From Macrostomum hystrix (Eukaryota > Animalia > Platyhelminthes), in contig CATNEN010000041.1 in assembly GCA_950097015.1 (NCBI GenBank), positions 372,001 to 436,000 of the forward strand: a stretch of 64,000 nt of DNA. The letters run 5' to 3'. The translations under genes were made by a program, and so were the position numbers. This document shows positions 63,983 through 64,000 of this stretch, one piece after another. The notes under the pieces were generated by a model that saw only the letters and a list, made by a program, of their open reading frames with translations, did no database searches and had not been told where the DNA came from. Position 1 is the stretch's first letter, and each line of letters opens with the position of its first letter.

Positions 63983-64000
63983 GTAAGTCTTATTTGCCAG

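Overview
Eukaryotic (metazoan) genomic DNA. GC-rich exons sit among AT-rich intergenic tracts and very many minisatellites, most of them inside introns. The style is most consistent with the flatworm Macrostomum (inference, not verified). About 16 host genes or gene fragments can be read. In order: an ALKBH2/3-like 3' end; an orphan TM/FFAT/CaaX protein; an intronless DEG/ENaC channel; a 5-exon 4-coumarate-CoA-ligase/luciferase-like synthetase; MRPL52; PHGDH; an ATP11-like P4-ATPase; an ankyrin-repeat/MAP3K-like kinase; a calmodulin-like gene with an antisense USP gene nested in its intron; an orphan ENTPD5/6-like last exon; an unknown multi-exon gene; a divergent nuclear receptor; a Cip/Kip-like ORF; RUSF1/C16orf58; and a first exon running off the end. 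There are also two copies of a tRNA-derived SINE and a complete Mutator-like (MULE) transposon with an 8-bp TSD that encodes a spliced PHD-FLYWCH-DDE transposase. Genes between about 23.6 and 49.8 kb carry many single-base frameshifts, mostly in homopolymers, so they reflect either long-read consensus errors or a decaying duplicate block. No CRISPR array, rRNA or genuine tRNA gene was found. All family assignments come from motif recognition by eye; no searches were run.
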